Assembly (NCBI GenBank): GCA_000004985.1
Contig: GG738894.1
Source of the DNA: Naegleria gruberi
Taxonomy: Eukaryota
Reading direction: 5' to 3' (one strand)
Length of the DNA stretch: 64,000 nucleotides
Both the position numbers and the translations under genes were made by a program. Every line of letters begins with the position of its first letter. Within the stretch, counting starts at the first letter, position 1. The notes beneath the pieces are model-generated. The model was not told where the DNA came from. It saw only the letters and a list, made by a program, of their open reading frames with translations, and made no database searches. Shown here piece by piece: positions 26,003 through 37,112 of this stretch.

Positions 26003-27808
26003 ATGTATCATCATCACAACAGTAGTAGCAGTGGATATGATAATGATAAATCCACAACACCCATTCCCATTGGAGGTGGCAACAACAGCAAATCTCCATC
26101 ATCGTCATCATTAAAATCCTCACCACCAACCTTTTCCTCCTCTCCCAATACTTCAACTTTTCATTCCATAAGTAAAAATCAAGCATCAGCAGTTCCTTCA
26201 ACATTGGTTTTTACTAGAAATTCATCGACAGTATCACCTTCTAGTCCTATTAGTGCTAGTTATAGTGGTGCAAGTGGACAGGTTCATTTTCAATCATCAA
26301 ATTTAACATCAAATGTGACAAGTGAAAGGAAGACTACCATGTTTCATTTTGGAAGAAAGAAATCAGTATTGAAGGCTACTCCGATTATATCACCTCTTTT
26401 GTTACCAACTCCTGATCAATCTAATAATTCGTTTAGTTTAGGTTCGAATAATGCCTTGACAAGTACAAGTAGTGGAATGTCTTCACAAGGATCTACTGGA
26501 AATTTGGAAAGTGTTGGGCAATCATTATTGGAAAATTCTACAATGGCTACTTTTGCTTCATGGGAAGAAGTTAATGGATCCATGCTCAATTCATTCGATT
26601 CATTTTCTTCAGTTTCGTCCAATTCAGGAAGTTTCGATTCAAATTACGAAGAAAGTTCGGAACCTTCTAAAAGATCAAGTGTTGGGAAATCTAGAAAATT
26701 CACAACATTTATTTCGAAAATATTTGGAAAGAATCAAGAAAATGCAATTCAATCAACCTCTCCAAAATCGAATAGAAGCAAAGCCAAGTTTCTCAATTCT
26801 CTATCCGAAACTGATGATTTTTTCAGGGATAGTGCAATGGGAATTGAACCAAGTCCTTCACCATCAACCAGTTCAGGAAGTTTGAAAGGCCACCATGCAG
26901 CATCCAATTCACTAGAGCAACAAGATAGATCATTTACAGATTTGGACACCAAACAAAAATCAATGTTTAATGGATGGTTCCAAGAGAAGGCCTCCATTTT
27001 GGAAGATTTATTCGACAAGGAGGGCTGCGTGTATTTTTACAAGAATCAAATCAAACCAGGTCAGAATAAGAAGAGATCTTCCACCACTCTTAATCTCAGT
27101 TCGAATAGTTCAAGTAGTAATGAAGGAAATGACGATGATGGAAATGGTGATCTCTCCAGGGAGGAAGATGTTTTTGTTGAGAGATTTTTTAGTTGTAAGA
27201 ATTCGGCCATTACAATTTTCGAGAAGGGAACTAAGGATTCTCCTGTCAAGCATTCATTCTCATGGAATCAGAATGTTACATTTAGTTTGGTTCCTACTGA
27301 AAAATCATTTGATACAGTTGTTGCCAAGTCGATTAAGAAAGCCACACGATACAACAGGTCACAATATTTCCTATTTGAAATTAGAGTGGAACAGGGTGAT
27401 AATTTCTATGTGATGGATCCACTCATTCTTGTTGGATTAGTCAGAACTAAAGAGGAACGTGATGATTGGGCTGATTTATTCGAAATTTACTCAATTTACT
27501 CATCACTCAATGTGTTAACAGAGGACGATTTCACACTCTCATCAACCATGACAAGAGAGGAAACTCTTCGTGATTATTTCATTCAGGAATATGAACTTTT
27601 CGATGAATATCAAAATGAAGTGAGAGAACAAGGTGAAAATCAACAAAATTTCAATAACAGAGGAGAAACTGTAATGGACCCTCGATTGTCAACTATTGAA
27701 AATCCATTCGAAGAGACAAATGCATTCCAGAGAGAAATGGAAAAGTCATATACTTTTTTGATTCAATCATTTGATCCATATCTAGCAATTAATTCTCAGT
27801 CTCAATAA
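26003..27808 (+). CDS. Ser-rich hypothetical protein with a C-terminal PH-like segment (601 aa)
   Basis: Complete ORF with a long S/T/N low-complexity N-terminus. The region ITIFEKGTKDSPVKHSFSWNQNVTFSLV...FLFEIRVEQGDNFYVMDPLILVGLVRTKEERDDWADLFE resembles a PH/GRAM-type beta-sandwich with a C-terminal helix. This is a weak call. Confidence 0.4.
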   Translation: MYHHHNSSSSGYDNDKSTTPIPIGGGNNSKSPSSSSLKSSPPTFSSSPNTSTFHSISKNQASAVPSTLVFTRNSSTVSPSSPISASYSGASGQVHFQSSNLTSNVTSERKTTMFHFGRKKSVLKATPIISPLLLPTPDQSNNSFSLGSNNALTSTSSGMSSQGSTGNLESVGQSLLENSTMATFASWEEVNGSMLNSFDSFSSVSSNSGSFDSNYEESSEPSKRSSVGKSRKFTTFISKIFGKNQENAIQSTSPKSNRSKAKFLNSLSETDDFFRDSAMGIEPSPSPSTSSGSLKGHHAASNSLEQQDRSFTDLDTKQKSMFNGWFQEKASILEDLFDKEGCVYFYKNQIKPGQNKKRSSTTLNLSSNSSSSNEGNDDDGNGDLSREEDVFVERFFSCKNSAITIFEKGTKDSPVKHSFSWNQNVTFSLVPTEKSFDTVVAKSIKKATRYNRSQYFLFEIRVEQGDNFYVMDPLILVGLVRTKEERDDWADLFEIYSIYSSLNVLTEDDFTLSSTMTREETLRDYFIQEYELFDEYQNEVREQGENQQNFNNRGETVMDPRLSTIENPFEETNAFQREMEKSYTFLIQSFDPYLAINSQSQ

Positions 27809-27873
27809 ATGTGTACAATAAATTTAATTTACAAGAGTATGAGTGATATTGAATTACATTGAAAAATAATTGT

Positions 27874-30120
27874 TTAATTGGCTGATTTCAAATCAAATAG
27901 TTCAATAATATCTTCCATTTTGGATCCCTTATTGGCAACCAAAACGTCAGTGACAGAGACGAGTACCTTAATTGGTACTGATTCACCATACTGATCACAA
28001 ATTGCATCCATGAACAGATCGAGATCTTGTTTGCTAGTGAAAATAGGTTCGCCAGCAATACTTTCAATGACATCCTTAATGTTATCAACTCCTTTAACAT
28101 TTGGTACTCTCAATACTCTGTCAAATTGCTCAACCAAATCCAAATCTTGCAAAGAGCTACTCATTGAACTGGTACCAATGATCAATAATTTACGTCCCTT
28201 TGGTGGAGGTGTTCTGATACAGGTCATTAAAGTTTGAAGTACGAGATTAGAAAATCTTGGGCCAATTCTTACCAATTGAATTAATCTTTCCACATTATCC
28301 AAAATAATGACACTCTTATCTGAACGGTAAGAATCTTGGAAAGCATCTGAAATGTATTGACATTGCTCATATTCTGAAATCATTTTGATCATTTTGCTTG
28401 GTGAGACAACCTTGACAAATGGGAATTTAGTTTCCAATGCCAAACTTGCAGCAAGGGCAGTCAAACCACTTTTTCTAGAACCAGTCAATAAAACACTGGA
28501 GAGGAATGTATTTTCACCCTTATCAATTTGCTTCATAATGAGTGAACATTTTTCTTTCAGTTTTTCAAATTCTAATCCATGAGTAATAATTCCCTTTCCA
28601 ACAAATGACTTCAAGTCATCCTCGTCAACACTAAACGATGGTTTTGATTCAAGGAGAGCTCTATTAAAATCTTCCATTGTAACTTTGAGCAATTCAGAAA
28701 ATTCCTTGATATTCTTAGTTTCGACTTTCTGATTTTTAACGTCGATTCCTCTCGACATGGCAAATGATCTGGCACTTGCAACAAGACCCATAATATCAGA
28801 ACCTGTATAATTCTTTGTTCTCTCAACAATACTTGCAAAGTCTACATCACTCGACAGGAACTTGTTCTCTTGCAATTTTTGGGTGTGAATTTTCAAGATT
28901 TGCATTCTTCCTTCTTCGTTTGGAAGTCCAATTTCAATCTGTACATCAAATCTTCCCTTACGAAGAAGAGCTGGATCAATCAAATCCAAACGATTGGTCA
29001 TGCCAATAATTAAAAAATTGTTTGGAGTATCAACACCATCAATCATAGAAAGCAATTGATTGACCACATTATCTCTGACACCAGTATTGTCTCCAGCATT
29101 ACCTCTTTTTTTACAAATTGCATCAATTTCATCCATGATAATCAAGTGCAAACATTGAGTTTTTCCATTACTATCTTTCCAATCTTGAATTGCTTCAGCA
29201 AATAATTGTCTGATTTTCTTCTCAGATCCACCAACAAAAGAATCGAAAATTTCTGGACCATTGACAACTTCCTTCGTTTTACAATTCAATACTTGGCCAA
29301 TTTTCTTTGCAATCAAGGTTTTACCAGTTCCAGGTGGACCATAGAGAAGAACACCCTTAGTGTGCATTGCTCCCATTTTCTCAGCAACTTCTGGTGGATA
29401 AGCTCTCGAGGCAAATGCTCTTCTGAAGAGAACATTTAATTGTTTTTCTAAACCACCAATTCCCAAAGTGTTGAATGTGAAATCTGCATTGAATAGATCA
29501 GGTTGTTCCTCCTTCATTTCTTCTTCACTCAAATTGAGATTTCCAATTCTAATATCATCATTCAATTGAGTTGGAAGAGCATTAATATCATATGGTACAT
29601 TAGAGAATTTCATAATATTCTTTCCTGAAGACAATTTGAAATAAATAGTTGTCAAATCATCAATCTTGACTCTCTGTTTCGAGGTACAAACTGCCTTTGC
29701 TTGTACAAATTCTCCATTCATAACAAACAGTATCGATTGACCATAGGTCAATATATGAGCATTAAATGCCTTCTTTACAATACTAATCATTTCAACAATA
29801 TCTACAACTTTTCTATCGACAATTCTTTCATCCACAAACTTGATCTCAAAAACCACATGTCTCTCCTCCTCACAATTAATCACCGATAAATCATCAAATA
29901 CTTTAAATTCATGCTTTTCTCCCAATTCAACACCTGCCTGACTTCTCATAAACTTATTCAATCCAATTTCACCTTTTTGTATGGTCGGATAGGTTGAAAC
30001 TCTCGTAACCAAATTACCACAAATTAAATAGGATTGATGACCAATATCATCGGGGTGAAGATAGGCCAAATTGGAAAATTGTAAGTGTTTCACTGGTGTA
30101 CTAGCAATAGTAAACTTCAT
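27874..30120 (-). CDS. NSF: vesicle-fusing ATPase NSF/Sec18 (two AAA+ domains)
   Basis: 748 aa. It has an NSF N-domain, a D1 AAA module (GVLLYGPPGTGKTLIAKKIG, DEIDAI, NRLDLIDPALLRKGRFD) and a D2 module (VLLTGSRKSGLTALAASLA). Confidence 0.9.
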   Translation of the reverse strand: MKFTIASTPVKHLQFSNLAYLHPDDIGHQSYLICGNLVTRVSTYPTIQKGEIGLNKFMRSQAGVELGEKHEFKVFDDLSVINCEEERHVVFEIKFVDERIVDRKVVDIVEMISIVKKAFNAHILTYGQSILFVMNGEFVQAKAVCTSKQRVKIDDLTTIYFKLSSGKNIMKFSNVPYDINALPTQLNDDIRIGNLNLSEEEMKEEQPDLFNADFTFNTLGIGGLEKQLNVLFRRAFASRAYPPEVAEKMGAMHTKGVLLYGPPGTGKTLIAKKIGQVLNCKTKEVVNGPEIFDSFVGGSEKKIRQLFAEAIQDWKDSNGKTQCLHLIIMDEIDAICKKRGNAGDNTGVRDNVVNQLLSMIDGVDTPNNFLIIGMTNRLDLIDPALLRKGRFDVQIEIGLPNEEGRMQILKIHTQKLQENKFLSSDVDFASIVERTKNYTGSDIMGLVASARSFAMSRGIDVKNQKVETKNIKEFSELLKVTMEDFNRALLESKPSFSVDEDDLKSFVGKGIITHGLEFEKLKEKCSLIMKQIDKGENTFLSSVLLTGSRKSGLTALAASLALETKFPFVKVVSPSKMIKMISEYEQCQYISDAFQDSYRSDKSVIILDNVERLIQLVRIGPRFSNLVLQTLMTCIRTPPPKGRKLLIIGTSSMSSSLQDLDLVEQFDRVLRVPNVKGVDNIKDVIESIAGEPIFTSKQDLDLFMDAICDQYGESVPIKVLVSVTDVLVANKGSKMEDIIELFDLKSAN

Positions 30121-30419
30121 CTTGAATTATTATCGCTCTCTATTTCAATTAATAATAAAACAATTGATCGTTGTTCTCTCCTTTTTTTTATGTTGAAAAT
30201 ATGAACTTTTTTGAGTGTTCTTTAAATAGGTTTTAAAGTTATCTAAAAACAAATTGATGACGCAAATTCAAACACTCTCAACGGATACCATGACGTACTT
30301 GCCACTTCAATAGTAAAAACAGATTTAACCTATTCCATTCAAATGATTTGTTTTTGAATAAGGTTGTTTTTTGGAGGAGGTTTTATGAATTGGAATTTTT
30401 TTTGTAATACTTATAAAAA

Positions 30420-31424
30420 ATGCATCAAGATGTTTGGAGGGAAGTTTTTCAATTTTTGGAACCGATTGATTTGGTGAGTTCAATGTTGGCTATTGTAGAA
30501 GAATCAATTGTTACGTTTGAGAGTATTGCTTTGGGAGATTGTAGAGTTTCATTCCGATATATTGATCACAATGATGATTGGTCAGAAAATCAATTAAATT
30601 CTGAATATTGTTTGGATTATGTTAGAATATTGGGAAATGTAAATTATATTGTTAATTTATATTTATTAAAATTGGGAATTAAATTGGGAAATTTTGATAG
30701 TCAATCGAATGTTGAATCGATACTTGATAGTTATCAATTTAGTTTATTGGAATTTTATAGAAAAAGTTTACTTCAAGTTGAATTTCCACCATTTGAACCA
30801 ACTACACCAGATAAAGCATATGTATTGAAATATGTTACAATTGGAGATAGGTCAATTGGAAAGAAAACTTTACAAATGTATTTGAGGGATGGAAAATTTG
30901 ATCCTCACCCACCAATTGGAGTTGATTTCTGTATCAAGAGGTGTGCTCTAAAAGGAGGACCAAATATTAAACATCAAATATGGAATGCTTCAGATATGAG
31001 ACAAGAATCAAAGCCAGAACTTATTCAAAAACTTAGTCGATATGGATTTTCATTCCTCTTTTGCTTCTCAATGGAAAATGAGGAAACCTTCAAAGTGATG
31101 GAACAGTGGATTGAACCTCTTAGGAACCTTGATATTTCAAAAAGATTGGGTTTAATCATTGGCTTTCATCCATTCATTAAGAACGAAACAAAACAACACT
31201 TGACTCGATTGGAAGCTGTGAAAAAATCTTGGCAATTTGAAAAATCATTATTTCTCGAAATTGACACTGCCAAGAACCAGAATATATATGCTCTTGTTTG
31301 GTTCCTTCAGATAAAGTATACATACTTTAAACCTCCTTCGACAATGTATTATGTAGCACCTGAAAATATTACAAAGCAACAAGAAGAAGAGCCTGTTAAA
31401 AAGTCATTCTGTATTATACAATAA
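30420..31424 (+). CDS. F-box-like N-terminus + Rab/Ras-like small GTPase domain with degenerate G3/G4 motifs (probable pseudo-GTPase)
   Basis: 334 aa. The N-terminus MHQDVWREVFQFLEPIDLVS is F-box-like. G1 is intact (KYVTIGDRSIGKKT). Switch I IGVDF is present but the conserved T is replaced by P. G3 WDTAGQ is replaced by WNASDM. The NKxD motif is replaced by FHPF. The segment YGFSFLFCFSMENEETFKVMEQWIEPLRN aligns with the Rab region YRGAHGIIVVYDVTDQESF..VKQWL. Confidence 0.45.
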   Translation: MHQDVWREVFQFLEPIDLVSSMLAIVEESIVTFESIALGDCRVSFRYIDHNDDWSENQLNSEYCLDYVRILGNVNYIVNLYLLKLGIKLGNFDSQSNVESILDSYQFSLLEFYRKSLLQVEFPPFEPTTPDKAYVLKYVTIGDRSIGKKTLQMYLRDGKFDPHPPIGVDFCIKRCALKGGPNIKHQIWNASDMRQESKPELIQKLSRYGFSFLFCFSMENEETFKVMEQWIEPLRNLDISKRLGLIIGFHPFIKNETKQHLTRLEAVKKSWQFEKSLFLEIDTAKNQNIYALVWFLQIKYTYFKPPSTMYYVAPENITKQQEEEPVKKSFCIIQ

Positions 31425-31768
31425 GGAAAATTTAATGATACTATTTGGATATCAATTGGATATTTTCAAAGATAATTTCATTTTCACTGTAGTTGTCAAT
31501 TTGTGAAAAATTGTAAACTCTGTCTTTGTGCACCTTTACAAAACATTAAATGGATTACACTTTAAAATCAATATAACTGGATTGTATGAAGGAAATGCCA
31601 TTGATTTTAAAGTGTAATCCATTCGCATCCATCATCACTTTCCAAATCCGTTTATTCCATCCACAAATTCTCATTCCTTATTCGTCAACTCTTTACCGTA
31701 GTGTTTTTAAAAGAAAATAAATTTGGGCGCGCTTTTTGAAAAATCTTTTTTTTTCAAATCCAAAAAAA

Positions 31769-33411
31769 ATGGCAAAACAATCGCATCATCACGAAGAGGT
31801 GGATTATGGCTCGGCGTTGGATAGAACAACTTCGCCGCTTGAGGAGGAGAAGAATCACAATAATAATACTATGAATGATGAAGAAGAAAAACACTTGTCG
31901 AGTAATGCATCGGCGTTGATTAATATTATTAAAGCAAATATTGGATCGGGTATTTTGGGTATGCCCTATGCATTTCGTTGTGCTGGATATTGGCTTGGAA
32001 CATTTAGTATTGTGATTATCATGTTGATTGTTGTGCATTGTACGATTTTATTGGTCGATAGTAAGAGGTATTTGAATAAGATTATAAAGAAGAAACGAAG
32101 GAATGGTGATGATTCGGAAAAGGAATTGGCCACATTTAATGATTTGGGTTATGCTGCTTTTGGAAGATTTGCTACAGTGATTATTACCTTCTTTTTATTT
32201 GTAACACAATTGGGATTTTGTTGTGCTGTAGGTTGACTAATTTCACACATTTTCACACTGAAAAGTACTTAACGTTTGTTTCATCAAATCTGATGAACAT
32301 TTTTGGAACACCAACAACACTAGGTTGGAAGGCTTTATTTATTTTCTTGACAGGTTTGGCTGTATTTCCATTCTCTTGCATTCGTAATTTGAAATACTTG
32401 TCACCTGTGAGTATCATTTCTGAAATTTTGATTACACTCGGTGTGGGTATTGTTCTCTATTTTGCAATTTTCAAATTGGCTACTGAGCCATTCCCTGGCT
32501 TGTATAGAAATTTACAACCATACAATATTGAACAATTCCCAACATTTTTTGGTATTTGTTTATTTGCTTTTGAAGGAGTGTATGTATTTTCATTAGTTAT
32601 TTCATTATATTTATTCCATTTTGTTTGATTATTTATTGAATTAAATTTCGAAATTACTGAAATACATTTAAAAATATATAGAGGACTTGTCTTACCAATT
32701 GAAACAAACATGAGAAATAAGAAGGCATATCCAATGTTATTATTCGTTGGTATGATTATCATTTGTGCTGCCATGACATTGCTTGGTATTGTTGGTTATT
32801 TGAGTTATGGTATGGGAGTTAACAGTTTAATTACATTCAATTTGCCAACAACTGGTGCTCTTCCTCTTGTCATCAAAATTTTCCTCATGATTTCTCTCGT
32901 TTTCACGTATCCAATTCAATTGTTCCCTCTCTCACAAATGTTAGACAATGCTTTGCAAGGAGTAATCAAGAAAATTAAGGAGAGAAGAAATCCAGAAGAA
33001 AACGAAACACTCGTTTCTCACGATTTAAATCAAGAAGAAAACTCTATCAATCACAACAAATCTCACAATGAAAATGTTATGCAAAAAAAGGAAACTAATA
33101 TCTTTAAATTATTGATCAAGTCCTGCCTCTCACCAACATTCCATGCTGAAAATGTTATCAGATTTACAATGGTTATGGCTACTGTTGCCTTCTCTGCATT
33201 CATTCCTTCATTTGGTGACTTTTTGGGTTTGATTGGTGGTTTTGGTGGTACTACATTGGCCCTTGTATTGCCATGTTGCATTCATATGAAGGTAATGTGG
33301 AAACATTTGAGTTGGAGTGTCAAGGCAAAGGACATTATTCTCATTGTTTTTGGTTTGTTTGCAACGGTTTTTCCACATATATTTCATTTAGAGATCTTGT
33401 TACCCATTTAG
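31769..33411 (+). CDS. amino acid/auxin permease (AAAP, Aa_trans) family transporter (3 exons, ~500 aa)
   Basis: join(31769..32227, 32266..32579, 32682..33411). Introns are 38 bp (GTAGGT..AAAAG) and 102 bp (GTATGT..TATAG). Splicing restores the AAAP motifs SNASALINIIKANIGSGILGMPYAF, GFCCA|YLTF and FAFEG|VGLVLPIE. About 11 TM helices. Confidence 0.8.
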
Positions 33412-33500
33412 AAAATGGTGAATAAATTTTGTCTCCTTATTTTCTTTCAATTATTACAATTCAAAATATTTAATTCCTAGCAATCTAGTTTTATTCTTCT

Positions 33501-34871
33501 CTAGTACTCTGGTTTAGTCTTCCTGAAAAGCATGATATATTTCACCTTCTTCATTAAAATATACTCAACTTCCAATTCTTCTGGCAATCCAGATTCAGAA
33601 AAATTGTAAGGCACCTTCAATGCCACACATTGAACTCCATCTTCGAGTAAAAGTTGTTTGGAGAATGTCTTGACACTGATTGGTGTGAGGTTCTCTTGAA
33701 TCATGTACAAGTCATCAATAAAATCGTGCAATGAATAATCTTGATTTCCCCAAGGAGGATCAAAAAAGACAAATGTTTCAGGCATCTTGTCTCCCAAGTT
33801 TCCTCTCTCCTTTTGCCACCAATCAATAAAATTACCTGAAATTACATTACAAGTGACACAGTCTCTATCATACTTTTTCTCCTCATTTTCAAACAAGTTA
33901 ATATTGTATCGTGCATCGTTGCATCTTCTTTCATCTAGTTCAATCATGGTTACTGTTTTTCTGTGGAGACGTTTGGACCAGAAATATCTTAAAAATCCAA
34001 TAATATTTCCTCCCAAGCCACCAGTTCCATCAACCAAGTGATTTGGATAGAAACCAGTTTTCTGTTTTATCATTTCATTCATGAGGGAGGCAATTTCAAA
34101 GGCATCATTAAAAGGAGTAAGATAGGAAAGTGCCAACTCTGAATCAAATCTCACCTTATTGACCAAATGTTTAGGGAAGAAACCATACATGTTTTCTGAA
34201 TATTTTCTAAACTTGTAGTGATTTTCCAATGTTCTTGGTAGTTCAGGATTTGATTTTGGTTTTGAGGTAGATTTTGCTTCCTTTTCTTCTTCTGTTTGCT
34301 TCTTTTTTACAATGTTTAGTGATTTTTTCACGTGTCTAATAGTTTCCTCCAAAGTTTGATTTGCAACAATGTAGTGAGTATCCTTTGAACTCATTGTGGA
34401 TAATTTTTGTTTTTCCAATTCAAGGACTTTGAGTGCTGCCTTTAACTGTATTTGTAAATTCTTAATTTCATTCATTAGAGTGGCAGAAGAGGCAGTAGTG
34501 AGAGTTGGTGATTCAATTGATTCTTCCTGTTTTTTTCTAGTGTTAGTATTTACAAGAATGCTTGTCAATGGATTATTATCATTTTGTACTGTTGATGATT
34601 GATTAGGATAATTTACATGAACAGGAGTGGAAGTGGTGGTATTGATATCATTATTTAACATGGAATTTTGTGGGAAAAGTTGGGAGAGGAAGTGTGATTG
34701 TTGTGGTTGTTCTACACTAGCAGTAGTATTCACCATGGTATTCGATTGTTCGGTTGGCTCGTTGAAAAAGCTCTTTTCAATATCATCAACAGAACACATG
34801 CCCATCATTGGTGGATAGCCCATCATCATGCCATGAGGAGGCCACATACCCGATGATGGATTATTCATCAT
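33501..34871 (-). CDS. TGS1: trimethylguanosine synthase (TGS1)-like RNA cap guanine-N2 methyltransferase
   Basis: 456 aa. Low-complexity M/P/N/Q-rich N-terminus. C-terminal methyltransferase with motif I LVDGTGGLGGNIIGF, the acidic loop IELDERRCNDARYNINLF and motif IV VFFDPPWGNQDY. All align with human TGS1 (VVDAFCGVGGNTIQF / IDIDPVKIALARNNAEVY / VFLSPPWGGPDY). Confidence 0.7.
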   Translation of the reverse strand: MMNNPSSGMWPPHGMMMGYPPMMGMCSVDDIEKSFFNEPTEQSNTMVNTTASVEQPQQSHFLSQLFPQNSMLNNDINTTTSTPVHVNYPNQSSTVQNDNNPLTSILVNTNTRKKQEESIESPTLTTASSATLMNEIKNLQIQLKAALKVLELEKQKLSTMSSKDTHYIVANQTLEETIRHVKKSLNIVKKKQTEEEKEAKSTSKPKSNPELPRTLENHYKFRKYSENMYGFFPKHLVNKVRFDSELALSYLTPFNDAFEIASLMNEMIKQKTGFYPNHLVDGTGGLGGNIIGFLRYFWSKRLHRKTVTMIELDERRCNDARYNINLFENEEKKYDRDCVTCNVISGNFIDWWQKERGNLGDKMPETFVFFDPPWGNQDYSLHDFIDDLYMIQENLTPISVKTFSKQLLLEDGVQCVALKVPYNFSESGLPEELEVEYILMKKVKYIMLFRKTKPEY

Positions 34872-35398
34872 CCATTGATGATGATAAAATTGATTTTCCT
34901 GTTGTTGTTGTTGTGGTTGTTGATTAGAGGCTTCATGTTGTTGTTGTTAGGAAACCACGAAGATGACGAATTATTTCCACTATTAATTGCTACATCACCA
35001 TGATGAGCCAATTCACCTCCATTATTATTAACATTTCCAAAATTATTAAACATCATCATTAAATTAGAATTATTAAATTGTTGTTGTTGTGGAGGTGGAG
35101 GCGGTTGATGATTCCACCACATGTTATTATTATTATTCGGAGGAGGAGGAGCCATCATCATCATCATTGAATTATTATTATTCATTGATCCTTGATATAA
35201 TCTAGGTGATAGATTGGTCGTTGTATTATTGTTGTTGCTAATATTATTCATCATTAATAATTTACTTCCTTGTTGATTATTATTATTCTGGGATGATGAA
35301 GTGGTAGTCTTTAATAGATGAGTGGTGGTGAGATCGGCACCAGAGGGTGTCAACATTGATTGTTGTTGTTGCTGAAGCTGCTGATGGGGAGGAAACAT
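34868..35398 (-). CDS. N/Q/P/M-rich low-complexity ORF directly upstream of TGS1 and overlapping it out of frame (doubtful)
   Basis: 176-codon ORF encoded largely by (GTT)n/(AAC)n microsatellite. It ends 4 nt into the TGS1 ORF in a different frame. It could be a 5' extension of TGS1 after a frameshift, or a repeat artefact. Confidence 0.2.
   Translation of the reverse strand: MFPPHQQLQQQQQSMLTPSGADLTTTHLLKTTTSSSQNNNNQQGSKLLMMNNISNNNNTTTNLSPRLYQGSMNNNNSMMMMMAPPPPNNNNNMWWNHQPPPPPQQQQFNNSNLMMMFNNFGNVNNNGGELAHHGDVAINSGNNSSSSWFPNNNNMKPLINNHNNNNRKINFIIING
34885..35110. repeat. GTT/GTTGTG microsatellite-rich tract (poly-N/Q when read on the minus strand)
   Basis: Runs of gttgttgttgttgtggttgttg / tgttgttgttgttag / ttgttgttgttgtggaggtggaggcgg are visible in the sequence. 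Confidence 0.5.
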
Positions 35399-35552
35399 TT
35401 TTAATATTAGATTTTCTTGATCATCAAAATTTTAATTTATTAAAAACAATAAAATGTAACGGAAATCTCATTTTTGGCAATTCCTTAAGATAATAAAAAA
35501 AACAGAGTTTCATCTTTTTTATTATCAATTGCTTGATAGGAATTTGAGAAAG

Positions 35553-35849
35553 ATGGGAAATACAGTTTCAACGGATGAACAATTGATAGCTGTTTCAAAG
35601 GAATCCTTACAGTCGGTTGCTAATGTAAAATCAGAGGAAGTCTTCAAGGTTCCTGGCTTTTTTACTTCGGAGCCTGAAGAAGGTTTTCCAAACATTGATG
35701 GTTTCAGGCCGACCATGTATTACTTGTTGGATGAGGAGAGTGGTTACAAGCATTGTATTTTGGAGAAATATCATCAGAAGAGGATGAGGAAAATAGATAT
35801 TATTATATTGTTAGATTATTTACGGAGAGGAAGATGGATCAACATGTGA
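35553..35849 (+). CDS. small ORF with an N-myristoylation-type start (MGNTVSTDEQ...); possibly the first exon of a longer gene
   Basis: ATG at 35553 followed by G2 and S/T6. A second, more protein-like E-rich frame (35735..35950) overlaps it. It could connect through short introns to the gene at 36073..37112. Confidence 0.2.
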   Translation: MGNTVSTDEQLIAVSKESLQSVANVKSEEVFKVPGFFTSEPEEGFPNIDGFRPTMYYLLDEESGYKHCILEKYHQKRMRKIDIIILLDYLRRGRWINM

Positions 35850-36072
35850 GAGAAAGACTTGAAGAGGAAGAGAAGGCAGCAAAGGAATTTCCATCATTGA
35901 TGCAGAAAGTGGAGATTCATAATGCTACTTTGAAATTGTATGTAAATTAGTAATTATTTAATATTGAATAATTTTCAATTTAAATATAATTGATGATGCA
36001 ATTCTCGATAATAGTGGAGAAGAAAAGAAGGCAGCCCTTTTTAAGGTTGGAAGTGATGAGGGAAATTCATTC

Positions 36073-37112
36073 ATGTCTCTTTTTGGTTTGAATGGATCTA
36101 ATTTGAATTATTATATGAGGGTTAGATTGGTCAGTTCTGCAATTTTGAATGTTGTCAAGTTGTTTGAATTGAGTGAGAGAAAGTATTGCTTCCATCCTAT
36201 CGATATTTCACACGTTGCTATTCAGGAGAATTTGAATATGAGATTTTTCGATTGTCTTCATGTTATTGCTTATCAGAATGATAGAGGTAGGTGTTTGATT
36301 GTTGGATATTAATTTTCACACATTTTCAGAATCAATTTTCAACCTAGGATTGAGGACTGTTTGTAAAATAGGAGTTTGTATATTGACATTTAATGAAGCT
36401 CTTTATAATAAGGACATATTCTTTGAGGAATGGCTTTCCAATCCAAATACTGTAAGTTATTTGATTTGGATTCGTTGCAATAACATTACTGTTATCAATT
36501 GACCTACCATCAATCAAGACAATTCCTGTATTTTCAACCCTATTTAAAAAAGTATTATTGGATAATAATTTCAAATTGGATGATATTAAAAGCGAGTTGA
36601 GCATATTGGAAATATTAAGCAAACGAACAATTGATCCATCAGTTGTTAATTCTGAAAATTTCAAAGATTTAATAACAATGTATGGAAGCTTATTGTCTCA
36701 TCGTCAGTCAGATCCTTTCCATGACACATTAATGCAATATCTCACTCAATTAATTTCTATAACAGCCCAAAATCATAAGGAAGATCTGTTACAATGTAAC
36801 GAAAATTCATTCTTGTGTACATTATTATTGAATTCAATCTTTAAGAGAGATCTCACAAATAATGCCACCAATGTTTCTGATCAAATCAAAGCACTTTCAA
36901 ACATTTTCAGAGGTGTTTATTCAGAAAAGCCAGAACTCATTGAAATGATTTCTACTGCATTGAAAAATTCCAAAAAGACTATCAGTAATGATCTCGGAGT
37001 GTCAAGAATAATTCTCGATGCTAAACTGTTTATAGAGCTATTATTTTCATCAAATGGGCATGCTATTTCAGAGGAAGAAGTGGACAGTATATCTAAATGG
37101 ATGTTTGCTTAA
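36073..37112 (+). CDS. hypothetical protein (3 exons)
   Basis: join(36073..36289, 36333..36457, 36525..37112). Introns are GTAGGT..TTTCAG and GTAAGT..ATCAAG. Phases are consistent with the three ORF-track frames (36073, 36299 and 36558). No recognised domain. The 5' end may extend upstream (see 35553). Confidence 0.4.
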
